A DNA stretch of 64,000 nt, taken from the human T2T-CHM13v2.0 reference genome, Homo sapiens. The position numbers were made by a program, and so were the translations under genes. The stretch is taken from assembly GCF_009914755.1 (NCBI RefSeq), contig NC_060931.1; one strand, 5' to 3'. The notes beneath the pieces are model-generated. The model did no database searches, had not been told where the DNA came from, and worked only from the letters and a program-made list of their open reading frames with translations. Below are positions 40,082 to 60,572 of this stretch, one piece after another. The number at the start of each line of letters is the position of its first letter. Position 1 is the first letter of the stretch.

Positions 40082-40322
40082 TCAGAAAAAAAAATTAGCC
40101 AGGCATGGTGGCACGTGCCTGTGGTCGCAGCTACTTGGGAGGCTGGGGCAGGAGGATCATTTGAGCCCAAGGGGATTGAGGCTGCAGTGAGCCAAGATCG
40201 TCCCATTGCACTCCAGCCTGGGCAAGAGAACGAGACTCCATCTCAAAAATAAATAAATAGGCTGGGTGTGGTGGCTCACGCCTGTAATCCTAGCACTTTG
40301 GGAGGCCGAGGCAGGCGGATCA

Positions 40323-40598
<276 letters not shown>

Positions 40599-40665
40599 CT
40601 AAGCATTTTGGGTTTGTTCCGCATCACCTGGAGTCCTAATCCAGTCCCTTTGTCCCTCTCTCTAG

Positions 40666-40734
40666 CAATGGCCAATGTACATGGTGGACTATGCCGGCCT
40701 GAACGTGCAGCTCCCGGGACCTCTTAATTACTAG
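40666..40734 (+). CDS. GTF2IRD1: GTF2IRD1 terminal coding exon: QWPMYMVDYAGLNVQLPGPLNY*
   Basis: tgtccctctctctag|CAATGG...; phase 0; TAG at 40732-40734; branch-point-like cctaat at ~40635; matches the C-terminus I recognise for GTF2IRD1. Confidence 0.95.
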   Translation, partial: QWPMYMVDYAGLNVQLPGPLNY

Positions 40735-40905
40735 ACCTCAGTACTGAATCAGGACCTCACTCAGAAAGACTAAAGGAAATGTAATTTATGTACAAAATGT
40801 ATATTCGGATATGTATCGATGCCTTTTAGTTTTTCCAATGATTTTTACACTATATTCCTGCCACCAAGGCCTTTTTAAATAAGTAAAAAAAGAAAAAAAA
40901 AAAAA
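40735..40905 (+). other. GTF2IRD1: GTF2IRD1 3' UTR (short, AT-rich; 3' end approximate)
   Basis: Follows the stop codon; four TGTA motifs, a variant hexamer, an A-tract and a downstream GT/T-rich stretch. Confidence 0.75.
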
Positions 40906-40950
40906 GAGTGTTGCCTTTACTTTTACGGTCACTGTTTCATGTTCTCTTTT
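40882..40950 (+). terminator. Probable polyadenylation site: variant hexamer AGTAAA plus downstream GU/U-rich element
   Basis: AGTAAA at 40882-40887; no AATAAA in the UTR; gtgttgcctttacttttacggtcactgtttcatgttctctttt follows the A-tract. Confidence 0.55.
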
Positions 40951-41326
40951 GGATCGTGGCCGCAGCTGTCACTGGGGACAGGGTCAGGAAACGCAGCTCA
41001 GGTGGCCTGCCAAGGCCCTCCTTCTTCATCACAGCAGAGGTAGTGTCCAGGAAGACCCCAGAGCTCTCTGTGCTCCTGGGAGCACGTGACCTCAAGAAGA
41101 AAAGCCACGGAAGGAAAATGTGCCACGGGGCCGGGCGTGGTGGCTCATGCCTGGAATCCCAGCACTTTGGGATGTCGAGGTGGGTGGATTGCTTGAGGTC
41201 AGGAGTTCGACCTCATTGGCCTGTAATACCGATGCTTTGGGAGGCCAAGGTGGGAGGATTGCTTGAGACCAGGAGTTTGAGATGAGCCTAGGCAACATAG
41301 TAGAACCCTTTCTCTAGAAAATGTTA

Positions 41327-41626
<300 letters not shown>

Positions 41627-41629
41627 TCA

Positions 41630-41734
<105 letters not shown>

Positions 41735-42141
41735 TCAAAAAAACAAAACAAAAGCACAAAAATTAGCCAGGCGTGGTGGTGCACACACCTGGAGTCCAGC
41801 TACTCAGGAGGCTGAGGCAGGAGGAGGATTGCTTGAGTAAAGATGGTTGAGGCTGTAGTGAGTCATGATTACACCACTGCACTCCAGCCTGGGCGACAAA
41901 GCAAGACCCTGTCTCAAAAAAAAAAAAAAGTGTTAAATATGGTAAATGTCAGAGAGGGAGGGGCCCATCCCAGTGAAGCACTGTGGCTGGATGGGAGGCT
42001 TCTTCAAAAAGGGGTTTGGAGACCAGGTGCGGTGGCTCACGCCTGTAATCCCAGCACATTGAGAGGCCAAGGTGTGCAGATCGCCTGAAGTCAGGAGTTC
42101 GAGACCAGCCCAGCCAACATGATGAAACCCTATCTCTACTA

Positions 42142-42303
<162 letters not shown>

Positions 42304-43754
42304 TCAAAAAAAAAGGGGGGTGGGGTGGGGGCAGGACAAGTTTTCTTTTTTCAGAGGCAAGTTCTTTCTGTGTCCCCAGGCTGGAATGCAGTGGCACGAT
42401 CATATCTTCCTGCAGCCTCAAACTCCTGGGCTCAAGTAATCCTCCTGCCTCAGCCTCCAGAGTAGCTGGGACTACAGGTGTGAGCCACCACACCCAGCTA
42501 ATTTTTTGATTTTTTTGTAGAGATGGGGTCTTGGGTTATGTTGCCCAGGCTGGCTGCAAATTCCTGGGCTCAAGCCATCCTCCTGCCCCAGCCTCCCAGA
42601 GTGCTGGGATTAGAGGCGTGAGCCACCATGCCCAGCCTGGGATGATTTTGGATAGAGCTCTGGATACCTGACAAGCAGAGTGATGGGGTCCCAGCTGTGT
42701 CTCAGAAAGACCACTTTAGGGGCAGGTGGGAAGTTGAAGGAAGGGACAAGACTGAAGGCAGAAAGACAAGTCACAAGAGCGTGGCAGGCGTCCAAGGCCT
42801 GGCACCCAGTCCCTGCTTATTGGGTGACACATATTTACTGAGCCCTGCCCTTCTGGCTGGGGAGGCCAAGCAGCTGAGTGTCCTAATTGGGGAGGCAGCT
42901 GCCAGGGAGTACAAAACAGAGTAAGGCTGGTGCGGTGGCTCAGGCCTGTAATCCCAGTGCTTTGGGAGGCCAAGGTGGGAGGATCGCTTGAGGCCAGGAG
43001 TTCAAGACCAGCCTAGACAACATAGTGGAACCCTTTCTCTAAAAAATGTTAATTAGCTGGGTATGGTGGTGTGTGCGTGGTCCCAGCTACTCTGGAGGCT
43101 GAGGCAGGAGGATTGTTTGAGACCAAGAGTTTGACACTGCAGTGAGCCGTGATTGCACCACTGCTCTTGAGCATGGGCAACAGAGCAAGACCCTGCCTCT
43201 GAAAAAACAAAGCGGGGGGGCCTCACCTAGTGCAGAAAGTAGGAAGAGTCCTTGAAGCTGAGGCTTGAAGAGCAAGTGAGGCTTTGGGGGGACAAAGAGA
43301 GGAGGGCTGAGGTAGGTGGGTGTTTAAGACGAGAGCGATGTGGGCAAAAACGGAGCTGGACAGGGACTGGGTACGTTCCAGGAATAAGAAGGTGTCACCA
43401 GAGCAGACACAGGGTGGCTGGAGGTGACATGTCAGGGCAGGTGTGGACTTAGTCAGGGTTCCCGAGGACGCTAAGCAGGTGTCTCCTACACATGGTGCCG
43501 GGCTGAAGTGGTGGGCAGAGGCAGACATCCAGCCTGGGTTACACCTGCCCAGCCATGCACTCTGGGACAGAGCTGCGTACTTTTTCTCACCGACCCACGT
43601 GGAAGGCCTCATAAGCCGGGCCAAGGCAATTTCCAGAAGGCAAATGAGACCCACAGCAGGAAGTACCTGGGGGAGAGCCAGGCCTAGGTCTGCATTTTGG
43701 AAGGGTGCCCCTGCCCGCTGAGAGATGTCGGAGAAGGAAGGGAGGAATACATCA

Positions 43755-44075
<321 letters not shown>

Positions 44076-44769
44076 TCAAAAAAAGAGAGAGAGAGAGAGA
44101 TGGCAGTGGTTTGGGCCAGGTGGAGAAAATAACTAGAGGGTCAGCCAGTCGGGTGGACGAGGGGTTCTGGAGAGTCAGGGGTCAGGGTGGTCCCAGGATC
44201 TGGCTCTAACCGTCCACCCAGGGCCCAGAATGAGGCCTGTGGCTTGGAGGGACTGAGTTCTGAATCAGCTGAGGAAATGGTCAAAACTTTAGTCCAGGGC
44301 TTCTGCCAGTCCTCAGGGTCAGTCCCATCCATGCCCAGAGCTGGGAGGAAGGCCCCATCCCAGCCTTCCAGACCACACTTCCTCCTGGAAAGACGCTAGA
44401 AACCACGTGCCTGGCACAGCCACCCCCTCTCCGCTGGTGCAAACCCCCCACCCAGTCAGCTGCCAGCCTCACCTTCCTCCCTCCCACCTCCTAGTGGCTC
44501 CCAGTGCCACCAGGCGCCTCCACTCCACCCTCAGCCCCTGCCCTGGGCCGGGCCCACTTTTTCCACTCCAGGATGGGGGCAGGAGTGACCTCCTCAACTG
44601 GCCACCACCTCCAAGCAGAAACTGCCTATGAAGTCAAGATGATCTGAAGAGTCCTTGCAGCTGCCACCTTGCCTTCAACCCTCACGTCCTGTAACCCATC
44701 CCCCACCCCCGATCCTGTGACTCTGGATTTAAAATCTGTTTTGCTTTCCTTGCACCCAGTGCAAGCATC

Positions 44770-45200
44770 TAGGTGCGGCGTTCCAGGCGCCTCGCAGGGG
44801 GTCGGGTCCCCAGCCTTCTGTCCCACCGTTCCGTCCCCCGGGCCCGGCCCACCTGGCGCCCCCTCCCGCCCGCCACCGCCCGCTGGCGCCTGTCGGTCGT
44901 CTAGACCCGCCGCCCCCGCTCCACCGCTCAGATCCGCGGCCAGAGCCGGAAGTGGCTCCTGCCCCGGCCGGGAGCGGCGGGGCTGAGACTGTGCCCGCGG
45001 GCACTGCCATCCCGTGCATGGAGAGGGCGCAGAGCCCGGGGGTAGGGCGGGCCGGGGAACCCGATCCTCCTTCATCCGCGCAAAGGCCCGCGAAGCTCCC
45101 AATCTGTTCTCTTTCAGGCTCACTGTGCAGATGGCGTGCAATTAAGTGGGTCGGTGCAGCAAACCCTCGTATCCTCCCGCTTCCCTAAAAGCAGAGGATT
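44770..45200. promoter_or_regulatory. CpG island / promoter-like element about 4 kb downstream of GTF2IRD1
   Basis: Non-Alu, very GC- and CpG-rich; ETS motif GCCGGAAGTG at 44945-44954; several CCCGCC/GGGCGG boxes; CTCF-like cores at 44853-44869 (-) and 45128-45136. Confidence 0.75.
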
Positions 45201-46193
45201 GAGCCGCTGCACTCCAGCCTGGGCAACACAGCGAGACCCTATGTCTTAAAGAAAGGGCAGAAGTGGGGACCCCTCTCCCACCCCCTTCCCCTGCTCCAAG
45301 CCAAAGCGTTTGAAGCAAGAGGTTGCCTCCTGTGAGTTTCCCCCAGTCCCTGGAGGCCTGGGCTTTGGGAGGTGTGTCCAGGCAGAGGACAGAGGTCTTG
45401 TGCAAAGGGCCGCTTTTCCCTTCGCCCACCCTGCGCCCGCCCAGCCCCTTATCCGATGGGAAAGCCTTACTGACTCTTTTCCTCGCAGAAGCGCCCAGAT
45501 GCTGTTTATGCAACCTCTCCAGAATCTCAGTGTACTGTACTTTTTAAAAAGTGATTTGATTCAAAGCACTCATTCTTTAATTAAACTTCATTTAGCTGCC
45601 ATCTGTCTCGGTTCGAAATGGCTTCGTGTTTTGCAACTCTAAATGAGAATTGTTATTGGATTTGTAAACACATCCCCAAAAAAATCACAAAACACTTTCA
45701 AAAGTAATAAATGAAGGACGGTTAGGAGCTGCATCTTAAACGTTCTAATTGCCGGGGAATGTATTCTGGTGGGTACACAGTCATTTTATATACAAATCAT
45801 TGTACAAAAATCTGGTATCAATGAAAAGATCAAGATTATAGAAAATGCTGGAATTATATCTGACTGAAAACAGTAATAAAGCAATAATTGGCGCAGGGAC
45901 GGGCCACAAAACGAGACGGGGCACCTGCTCCCCTCGGGCCACCCTCCCGCACCGCCCAGGTGCCTGGCTTGGTGCACTCAGGGGAGGGTTGGTCCTGAGC
46001 TCTCCTGGCTGGTGCTTCCAACGGCCCTGCGAGGTACCTCTTTTTAAGGAACCAAAGCGTTATTTATCTTCATTATTAATTATTACTTTTTTTTTTTCTA
46101 AAAGACAGGGTCTCGGCCGGTCGAGATGGCTCACACCTGTAATCCCAGCACTTTGGGAGGCTGAGGCGGGCGGATCACGAGGTCAAGAGTTCA

Positions 46194-46427
<234 letters not shown>

Positions 46428-46505
46428 TCACACCTGTAATCCCAGCACCTTGGGAGGCCGAGGTGGGTGGATCACAAGGTCAGGAGATCAAGACCATACT
46501 GGCTA

Positions 46506-46778
<273 letters not shown>

Positions 46779-47193
46779 TCAAGTGATCCCCCCGCCTCGC
46801 CTCCCAACTGGCTGGGACTTCAGGCACATGCCACCATGCCCAGCTAATTTTTCTTATTGTAAAGACAGAAGTTCACTATGTTGCCCAGGCTGGTCTTAAA
46901 CTCCTGGCCTCAAGGGATCCTCTCACTTGGGACTCACAAAATGCTGGGATTACAGGTGTGAGCCATTGCACTTGGCCACTGCCCTGTAATTTTTAAATTT
47001 CATCATCTTCCTAAAACTCATGGCTGGGCATGATGGTGGGCACCTGTAGTACCAGCTACTAAGGAGACCAAGGTGGGAGGCTCACCTGAGCCCAGGGATT
47101 CAAGGCTGCAGTGAGCTATAATTGTGCCACTGTACTCCAGCCTGGGCGACAGAGCAAGACCCTATCTCAAGTAAATAAATATCATTTTATTAA

Positions 47194-47346
<153 letters not shown>

Positions 47347-47920
47347 TAAGCAGCTGGGATAACAGGCTTGCGCCACCACGCCTGGCTAATTTTTGTATTT
47401 TTAGTAGAGACAGTGTTTCACCATGTTGGCCAGGCTGGTCTTGAACTCCTGACCTCAAGTGATCCACCCGTCTCAGCCATCCAAAGTGCTGGGATTACAG
47501 GCGTGAGCCACTGCACCCAGCCTACAATAACTTATTTTTTCTGTCATTATTTTCTGCTTCTCTGCCTGCTTTATGCTTTATGATGTCAAGGACTGTGTCC
47601 ATTTTATCCACCGTTCTATCCTAGCGCCTACGTCCAGGACATACAAGGTACTCACTAAATGTGAGCGAGTTGGTGAAAGAATATAAACTACACCGGTCTC
47701 CTGGAAAATAAGAGGGCCCTTAAATCTTTTTTTTTTTTTTTTTTTTTGAGACAGGGTCTCACTCTGTCACCCAGCTGGAGTGCAGTGGCGCGCTCCTAGC
47801 TCACTGCAGCCTCCAATTCCCAGACTGAAGTGATCCTCCTTCCACAGCCTCCCAAAGCACTAGAATTACAGGCACATGCCACTGCACCCAGCTGCCTTAA
47901 CTCTTTTTTTTTTTTTTTGA

Positions 47921-48214
<294 letters not shown>

Positions 48215-48294
48215 TAAATCCTCCTGCTCCAGTGATTCCAGTAACCTCCTTCCCCCAACCTCAGCCCCAGAATCCATCTGTAGGGGAACTATGA

Positions 48295-48783
<489 letters not shown>

Positions 48784-48977
48784 TGAGTCCAGGGTTACAC
48801 AACTAGAAAAGATGAAGCACCAGGCTTGGCTTCAGAGGAGACCGCCAGACTGACTCAGGCGGCTGAGCACTGCCCCAGGCGAACCCCGCAACTTGGGGCT
48901 GGACAGAGCTTCTCTTTCGGTTTCCCTAATGTGTTTGAAAGAGAGTAACAGAGGTACATTTGAAAAGAAAAACAGAG

Positions 48978-49354
<377 letters not shown>

Positions 49355-49392
49355 TCAGGAAAGATCTCAGCTGCAAAGACCAGAGAAATACG

Positions 49393-49456
49393 CGCACACG
49401 CACACACACTCACACACACACATTGTGTACACACACATACACACAGGCACACACAC
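49393..49456. repeat. Interrupted (CA)n microsatellite
   Basis: Seen directly. Confidence 0.85.
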
Positions 49457-49613
49457 TTTTTAATTTTTTTTTTTTAGTAGAGACAGGGTCTCACTATGTT
49501 GCAGGCTGGTCTCAAACTCCTTGACTTAAGCGATCCTCTCGCCTCAGCCTCCCAAAATGCTGGGATTACAGGCATGAACCTCTGTGCTCAGCCTGCTTTT
49601 AAAAAACAAAACA

Positions 49614-50289
<676 letters not shown>

Positions 50290-50414
50290 TAGGGCTGGGT
50301 GCCGTGGCTCCCACTTGTAATCTCAGCACTTCAGGAGCCCAAGGTGGGAAGGAGGATTCCTTGAGGCCAGCAGTTCAAGAGCAGTCTGGGCAATGTAGCC
50401 AAATCCCATCTCTA

Positions 50415-50609
<195 letters not shown>

Positions 50610-51088
50610 TTAGAGGTGTTGCCACAATCCCAATAATAGCACAGTGCTTGACTCACAGATATTAAGAAGTTGGCACTTGAAAAATAAAACGAAGCAGTAA
50701 GAAGACATTCTCCTCCCCAGCTCTGACCTGCCCGTTCCTGCTTAAGCACAGCCATTCAAGCCTCCACTGCCTCCAGGAGGAAACCCACAGGCGTGAGTCT
50801 GGCATCGGAGACCTGGCCCCAATAGCTCACTTCTTCCCTGTCCCCCAGGGAGCCTTGGGTTCCAGCCAAACCAGGCCACCTCCCCCACTCACCAGTCTCA
50901 GATCATTCTAGAGCCTCTCACACCTCCAGGCCTTTTGCCTGGCTGGTTCTTGCCTTTCCTTTGCCTGGCCACGATCCAGCTGAAATGTCTTCTGTCCCTT
51001 GCAGCCTCCCCCAGCGGCCCAGGCCCAGCAGGCACTCTCAGAGCATGTCACACAATGTGTCATTGTCCCTGCAGAAATGGTTTATTGA

Positions 51089-51974
<886 letters not shown>

Positions 51975-52116
51975 TAGACAGGAGTCTCACTATGTTCCCC
52001 AGTCTGGTCTCTAACTCCTGGCCTCAAGGGATCCTCCTGCCTTGGCCTCCCAAAGTGCTAGGATTCCAGGTGTGAGCCACCACCCCTGGCCCAGAATGCT
52101 CTTTTCTTCTTCATAG

Positions 52117-52533
<417 letters not shown>

Positions 52534-52536
52534 TGA

Positions 52537-53303
<767 letters not shown>

Positions 53304-53323
53304 CTAAGGGAAATAAGCCATCA

Positions 53324-53630
<307 letters not shown>

Positions 53631-53649
53631 TCAAAAAAAAAAAGGAACA

Positions 53650-53785
53650 ATTGTATAATCCCACTTATGTGATATATCTAGAAAAGGTAAATTCACACAG
53701 ACAGAAAATAGAATAAAGGCAACTAGAGATCAGGAGAAGGGGATATGGAGAGTTAGCGTTTAATGGGTAAAGAGTTTCTGTTTGG
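53650..53785 (+). mobile_element. Old L1 (L1M) 3'-end fragment
   Basis: tgtataatcccacttatgtgatatatctagaa..acagaaaatagaata..tttaatgggtaaagagtttctgtttgggg. Confidence 0.65.
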
Positions 53786-54342
53786 GGCCGGGCGCAGTGG
53801 TTTACATCTATAATCCCAACATTTTGGGAGGCTGAGGCAGGTGGATCACTTGAGGTCAGAAGTTCAAAACCAGCCTGGCCAACATGGCGAAACCCGTCTC
53901 TATTAAAAAAAAAAAAAAAAGAAAAGAAAAAGAAAAAATTTGAGACTCTGTCTCAAAAAAATAAATAATTAATTTTTTTAAAAATACAAAAATTAGCCAG
54001 GCCTGGTGGCACATGCTTGTAATCCCAGCTAATGGAGAGGTTGAGGCATGAGAATTGCTTGACCCTGGGAGGTAGAGTTTACAGTGAGCTGAGATTGAGC
54101 CATTGTACTCCAGCCTGGGCAAGAGAGCAAGACTTCATCTCAAAAAAAAAGCAAGTGTAGAAGAAAGAGTGGAAGGCAGTGTAGAAATATAAGTAGTAAT
54201 TATCTTTCAGTAGTGGGATTATGAGTGTTTTTATTTTTTCCTCATGCTTTTCTCTTTGTATACTTTTCTTTTTCCTTTTTTTTTTTTTACATTTTTCTAA
54301 AATTAGCACATATTACACTTCTAATCAGGCAAAAATCAATGA

Positions 54343-54528
<186 letters not shown>

Positions 54529-56698
54529 TAGCACATATTGTGCTTTGAATCAGAGTTGGCTGATACATGTCTCTTTCCCTTTGTCTTCTCTCGCCCCGAC
54601 CGTGCACTCAGCGCCTAGAAGGCAGAAGCCATCTATGACCGTGGGGACCAAAGTGACACTCTGGAAATAGGGCGCATAAGGAGAGAGAGTGTGTGTTTCA
54701 GCAGCTGCTGCAGACTGCACCATCTAACCCTGAGCTGCTGTCACCCAAGAAAAGTGAAACTCATTTCTTATTTAAGCCACGGTTTGCAGGAGCTGAATGC
54801 AATCCTGACTGATCACCATATGCTCCATTTTCATTAAGCTAGAAAATTAGCCAGCCATGGTGGTGCATGCCTGTGGTCCCAGCTACTCCGGAGGCTGAGG
54901 CTGGAGGATCACTTGAGCACAGCAGGTAGAGGGTGCTGTGAGCTATGATCGTGCCACTGTACTCCAGCCTGAACCACAGAGCAAGACTCTGTTTCATAAA
55001 AATAAAGAGAAAAGGTAGAAAAATTACGTGTGTATGTGTGATCACTTACATGAGCATAAAGATGCTGAAGGATACATATCTTGCCATTAACATTGATAGT
55101 CAATATCAAGGGATAAGATTAGAGACAATGGAGAGATTATGAGGTTTCTATTTTTTAATTAATTAATTAATTATTTATTTTGAGGTAGAATCTCGCTCTG
55201 TCACCCGGGCTGGAGTGCAGTGGTGTGATCTCCGCTCACTGCAACCTTTGCCTCCCAAGTTCAAGCGATTCTCCTGCCTGAGCCTCCCAACGGCGAAACT
55301 CAGTCTCTACTAAAAATACAAAATTAGCCGGGCGTGGTGGCAGAGTGTGGTAGGTGCAGGCCTAGGGAGACTGAGGACATGGAAGGTTCGGTGGAGTTTT
55401 CCAGTTTGAGCCCAGGCCACCAGATTCAGAGTTGCTCCAAATTCCTTGGTGCAAAGGGTCAGGCTCCAGTTCCATTAGCCTAATGCAGCAGGCATCCAGG
55501 AGACCGGCAGGGCCCTGCCTGGGGACATGAGACCCAGAGGGGCAAGTGCAGCCTGGCAGAGGAGCAGAGTGACAGCTGTGGCATGTGGCGCTGGCCCCAG
55601 GCTCCCCAGAGGTGTGCCCTGGCTCTCATGAGCAGACCCAGTTACCTGCCCTGCTCTGGGGCTCTGAGATGGTGGCTGGATCCCATCTTACATGCAGCTG
55701 AGCTGGGCTGGGGCACACAGGAGCCAGGCGTGTGCCCAGTAACAAACAAAACCATGTGGCCATGCTTGCACATGATCCATGTCTTCTTGGTCAGCAGCTC
55801 TTTGCTGCTCAGAGCCTTCATGGCGCCTGCCCTGTGAAGCCACGTGGTGGGGACGGGGGTGGGGATCACAGTGCTGCTGGCCCAAACCCCCTCCCACACC
55901 CCTGCCTCCCTGCTCCTATTTCCTCTCTCGAGGCAGCCAAGGGTTTCCTGTCTTTCTGGCTGTCTGAGCGGCTTCCTCATTTATCTCTCAACATCTTGCA
56001 GCAGGTGCCATCGTTCCTTCTGTTCTTGGAAACTCAGACAGGCTGGGACCAAGCAGAGATCCGTGGGGATTGTTCAAAGGAGAGATGGCAGAGGGAAATG
56101 GCAGTGGGGTTAGTTTTGCAGGACCCAGCTAGGTTCTGGGGGAGCCAGCAGAGAGAAGGGTTTCTTTCTTTTCTCTCTCTGCTTTTTTTTTTTTTTTTTT
56201 TTTCTGTTTTTAGAGACAGGGCCTTGCTCTAACACCCAGGTGGAGGCGCAGTGGCGTAATCACAGCTCACTGCAGCCTCGACCTCCCAGGTTCAAGTGAT
56301 CCATGATTCTCCTGCCTCAGCCTCCTGAGTAGCTGGGACCACAGGCACACGCTACCATGCCCGGCTAATTTTTATTTTTGTAGAAATGGGGTCTCACTAT
56401 GCTTCCCAGGCTGGTTTCAAACTCCTGTCCTCAAGAGGTTCTCCTGCCTTTTGGGGCCAAATTCCTGAAACCTGGACTGACTCCTGTGCCCCCTCCTCCT
56501 TTCTGACCCAGTAAAAGTCTTCTCTTTGCAGCTTCTGCACAGGGACCAAGTGAAATTGCTAACACGGGTCGGGCGCAGTGGCTCACACCTGTAATCCCAG
56601 CACTTTGGGAGGTTAAGGTGGGTGGCAGATCATTTGAGGTCAGGAGTTTGAGACCAGCCTGTCCAACATGGTAAAATCGCGCTGGGTGCGGTGGCTCA

Positions 56699-57428
<730 letters not shown>

Positions 57429-58224
57429 ATCCTAAAACGGCTCAGCTTTCAAAGTTCTAATCAGATTTCTCAGAAAGGAAAGAGAGGGAGAAGGAGAGGG
57501 AACAAAAGAACAAATTGCCCCCTAAAGAAAGAAATCACTCCGTGTGCCTGAGCAATTGAGGGGCTTCCTCCTGCAGGCCCAGACACAGATGCCCCAGGAG
57601 AGAGGGCCAGGCTGTGTGAGACACTTAGGTGCTAATACTGGTTCAGCCACCAACTTCCCACCTCCCTGTAGGTCATCCCCGGGCAGTGGTTGGGATTCCC
57701 TGAGCTCCAGGGCACCTCCTCGCTGAAGATTCACAGGCCCCGGTGTCCTGGGTGCTGTCATTCATCGCACTAGTTCCCAGCACCCCCTCTGTCTGCAAAG
57801 GTCAGGCCCTGGGAGAGGAGTGAGACTCCTGGGCCCCCGAGCAGCTGGCTAGCAGGCAGATACAGACCCATAAACAGATCTCCAAGATCCAAGGGGGCAG
57901 AATTTCTGCCTTCTCCTTTAGACAGAGAGTTAGTCCCTGCTGAGCCCCGCACCTGTTCTCTCCCCTGTGCCAGCAGCCACTCAGGGATCTGCAGGGGCTG
58001 CCTACAGGTGATACTGGCTGCAGTGGCCCTAACATCGTCGACAAAAAAAAGCTCTCCATGGAGGCTGGGCGCGGTGGCTTACGACTATAATCCCAGCACT
58101 TTGGGTCGTTGAGGCGGATGGATCACCTGAGGTCAGGAGTTTGAGACCAGCCTGGCCAACATGGGCAAACCCCGTCTCTACTAAAAATATAAAAATTAGC
58201 CAGGCAGCTGGGCGAGGTGGGTCA

Positions 58225-58506
<282 letters not shown>

Positions 58507-58762
58507 TTAGCCAGGCATGGGCCGGGCGCAGTGGCTCATGCCTGTAATCCCAGCACTTTGGCAGGCCAAGGCCAGCGGATCACCTGAGGTCAGGAGTTCG
58601 AGACTAGCCTGGCCAACATGGTGAAACCCCATCTCTACTAAAAATACAAAAATTAGCCAGACGTGGTGGAGGGCGCCTGTAATCCCAGCTACTCGGGAGG
58701 CTGAGGCATGAGAATTGCTTGAACCCAGAAGGCGGAGGTTACAGTGAGCCAAGGTCACACTA

Positions 58763-59068
<306 letters not shown>

Positions 59069-59231
59069 TTACAGGCTCCTGCCACTGCGCCTGGCTAATT
59101 TTTGTATTTTTAGTAGAGACGGGGTTTCACCATGTTGGTCAGGCTAGTCTCAAACTCCTGACCTCGTGATCTGCGCGCCTCAGCCTCCCAAAATGCTGGG
59201 ATGGTAGGCGAGAGCCACTGCGCCCGGCAAT

Positions 59232-59365
59232 CCTTGTCTTTTTATTATTGAGTTATAGTTCTTTACATATCTAGATACAGTCCTGGATCAGATATATGAT
59301 TTGTAAAAATGGTTCCCTGTTCTGAGATTTTCTTCTCACTTTCTTGATGGTGTCTTTCAAAGCAT
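59232..59365 (-). mobile_element. Old L1 (L1M) fragment
   Basis: ttttattattgagtt..ttctttacatatctagatac..atcagatatatgatttg..cactttcttgatggtgtcttt. Confidence 0.65.
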
Positions 59366-59682
59366 AATTTTTTTTTTTGAGACGAAGTTTCGCTCTCGTT
59401 GCCCAGGCTGGAGTGTGCAATGGTGCAATCTCAGCTCACCACAACCTCTGCCTCCCGGGTTCAAGCGATTCTCCTGCCTCAGCCTCCTGACTAGCTGGGA
59501 TTACAGGCATGTGCCACCAAGCCCAGCTAATTTTGTATTTTTAGTAGAGGTGGGGTTTCTCCATGTTGGTCAGGCTGTTCTTGAACTCTCGACCTCAGGT
59601 GATCCGCCCACCTCGGCCTCCCAAAGTGTTGGGATTACAGGCATGAGCCACCGCACCCAGCGTTTTTTGTTTTTTTAAATAG

Positions 59683-59817
<135 letters not shown>

Positions 59818-59820
59818 TGA

Positions 59821-59982
<162 letters not shown>

Positions 59983-60475
59983 TGATCAGCACAGATGTTC
60001 ATCACTGGGCTATTTATAATAATCAAATAGAGGCAATATCTAAATGTTCCACAGTAGAAGATGGTTAAGTGGATGTTGATGACAATGATGATGATGACAA
60101 CGAATATTCCTCATGGCTTATTCTGTGCCAAACACTGTGCAAATGACCTTATATGAAAATTATCGGCCAGGCATATTGGCTCACACTTGTAACCCCAGCA
60201 CTTTGGGAAGCCGAGGCGGGCGGATCACCCAAGTTCAGGAATTTCGAGACCAGCCTGGGCAACATGGTGAAACCCCATCTCTACAAAAAATACAAAAATT
60301 AAAAAAAAAAAAAAAGAAATACAAAAATTAGCTGGGCGTGGTGGCACGTGCCTCTAGTCCCAGCTATTCAGAGACCAAGGCAAGAGAATCTCTTCAGCCT
60401 GGGAGGTGGAGGTTGCAGTGAGCCAAGATCACACCACTGCACTCCAGCCTGGGTGACAGAGCAAGACCTTGTCTC

Positions 60476-60572
60476 AAAAAAAGAAAAAAGAAAAAAGAAG
60501 TGGGGGCGGAGGGGAGGGGAGGAGAGGGGAGGAAAGGAGAGGGAAGGAGAGAAGAGGAGAGGAGAGGAGAAA
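60476..60572. repeat. Polypurine (GGAGA/GGGGA) low-complexity tract after an Alu tail
   Basis: Seen directly. Confidence 0.85.

Noticed and set aside
44626-45188. Overlapping Pro/Gly/Ala/Arg-rich ORFs on both strands
   Set aside because: Expected from stop-codon scarcity in a CpG island; no domain similarity.
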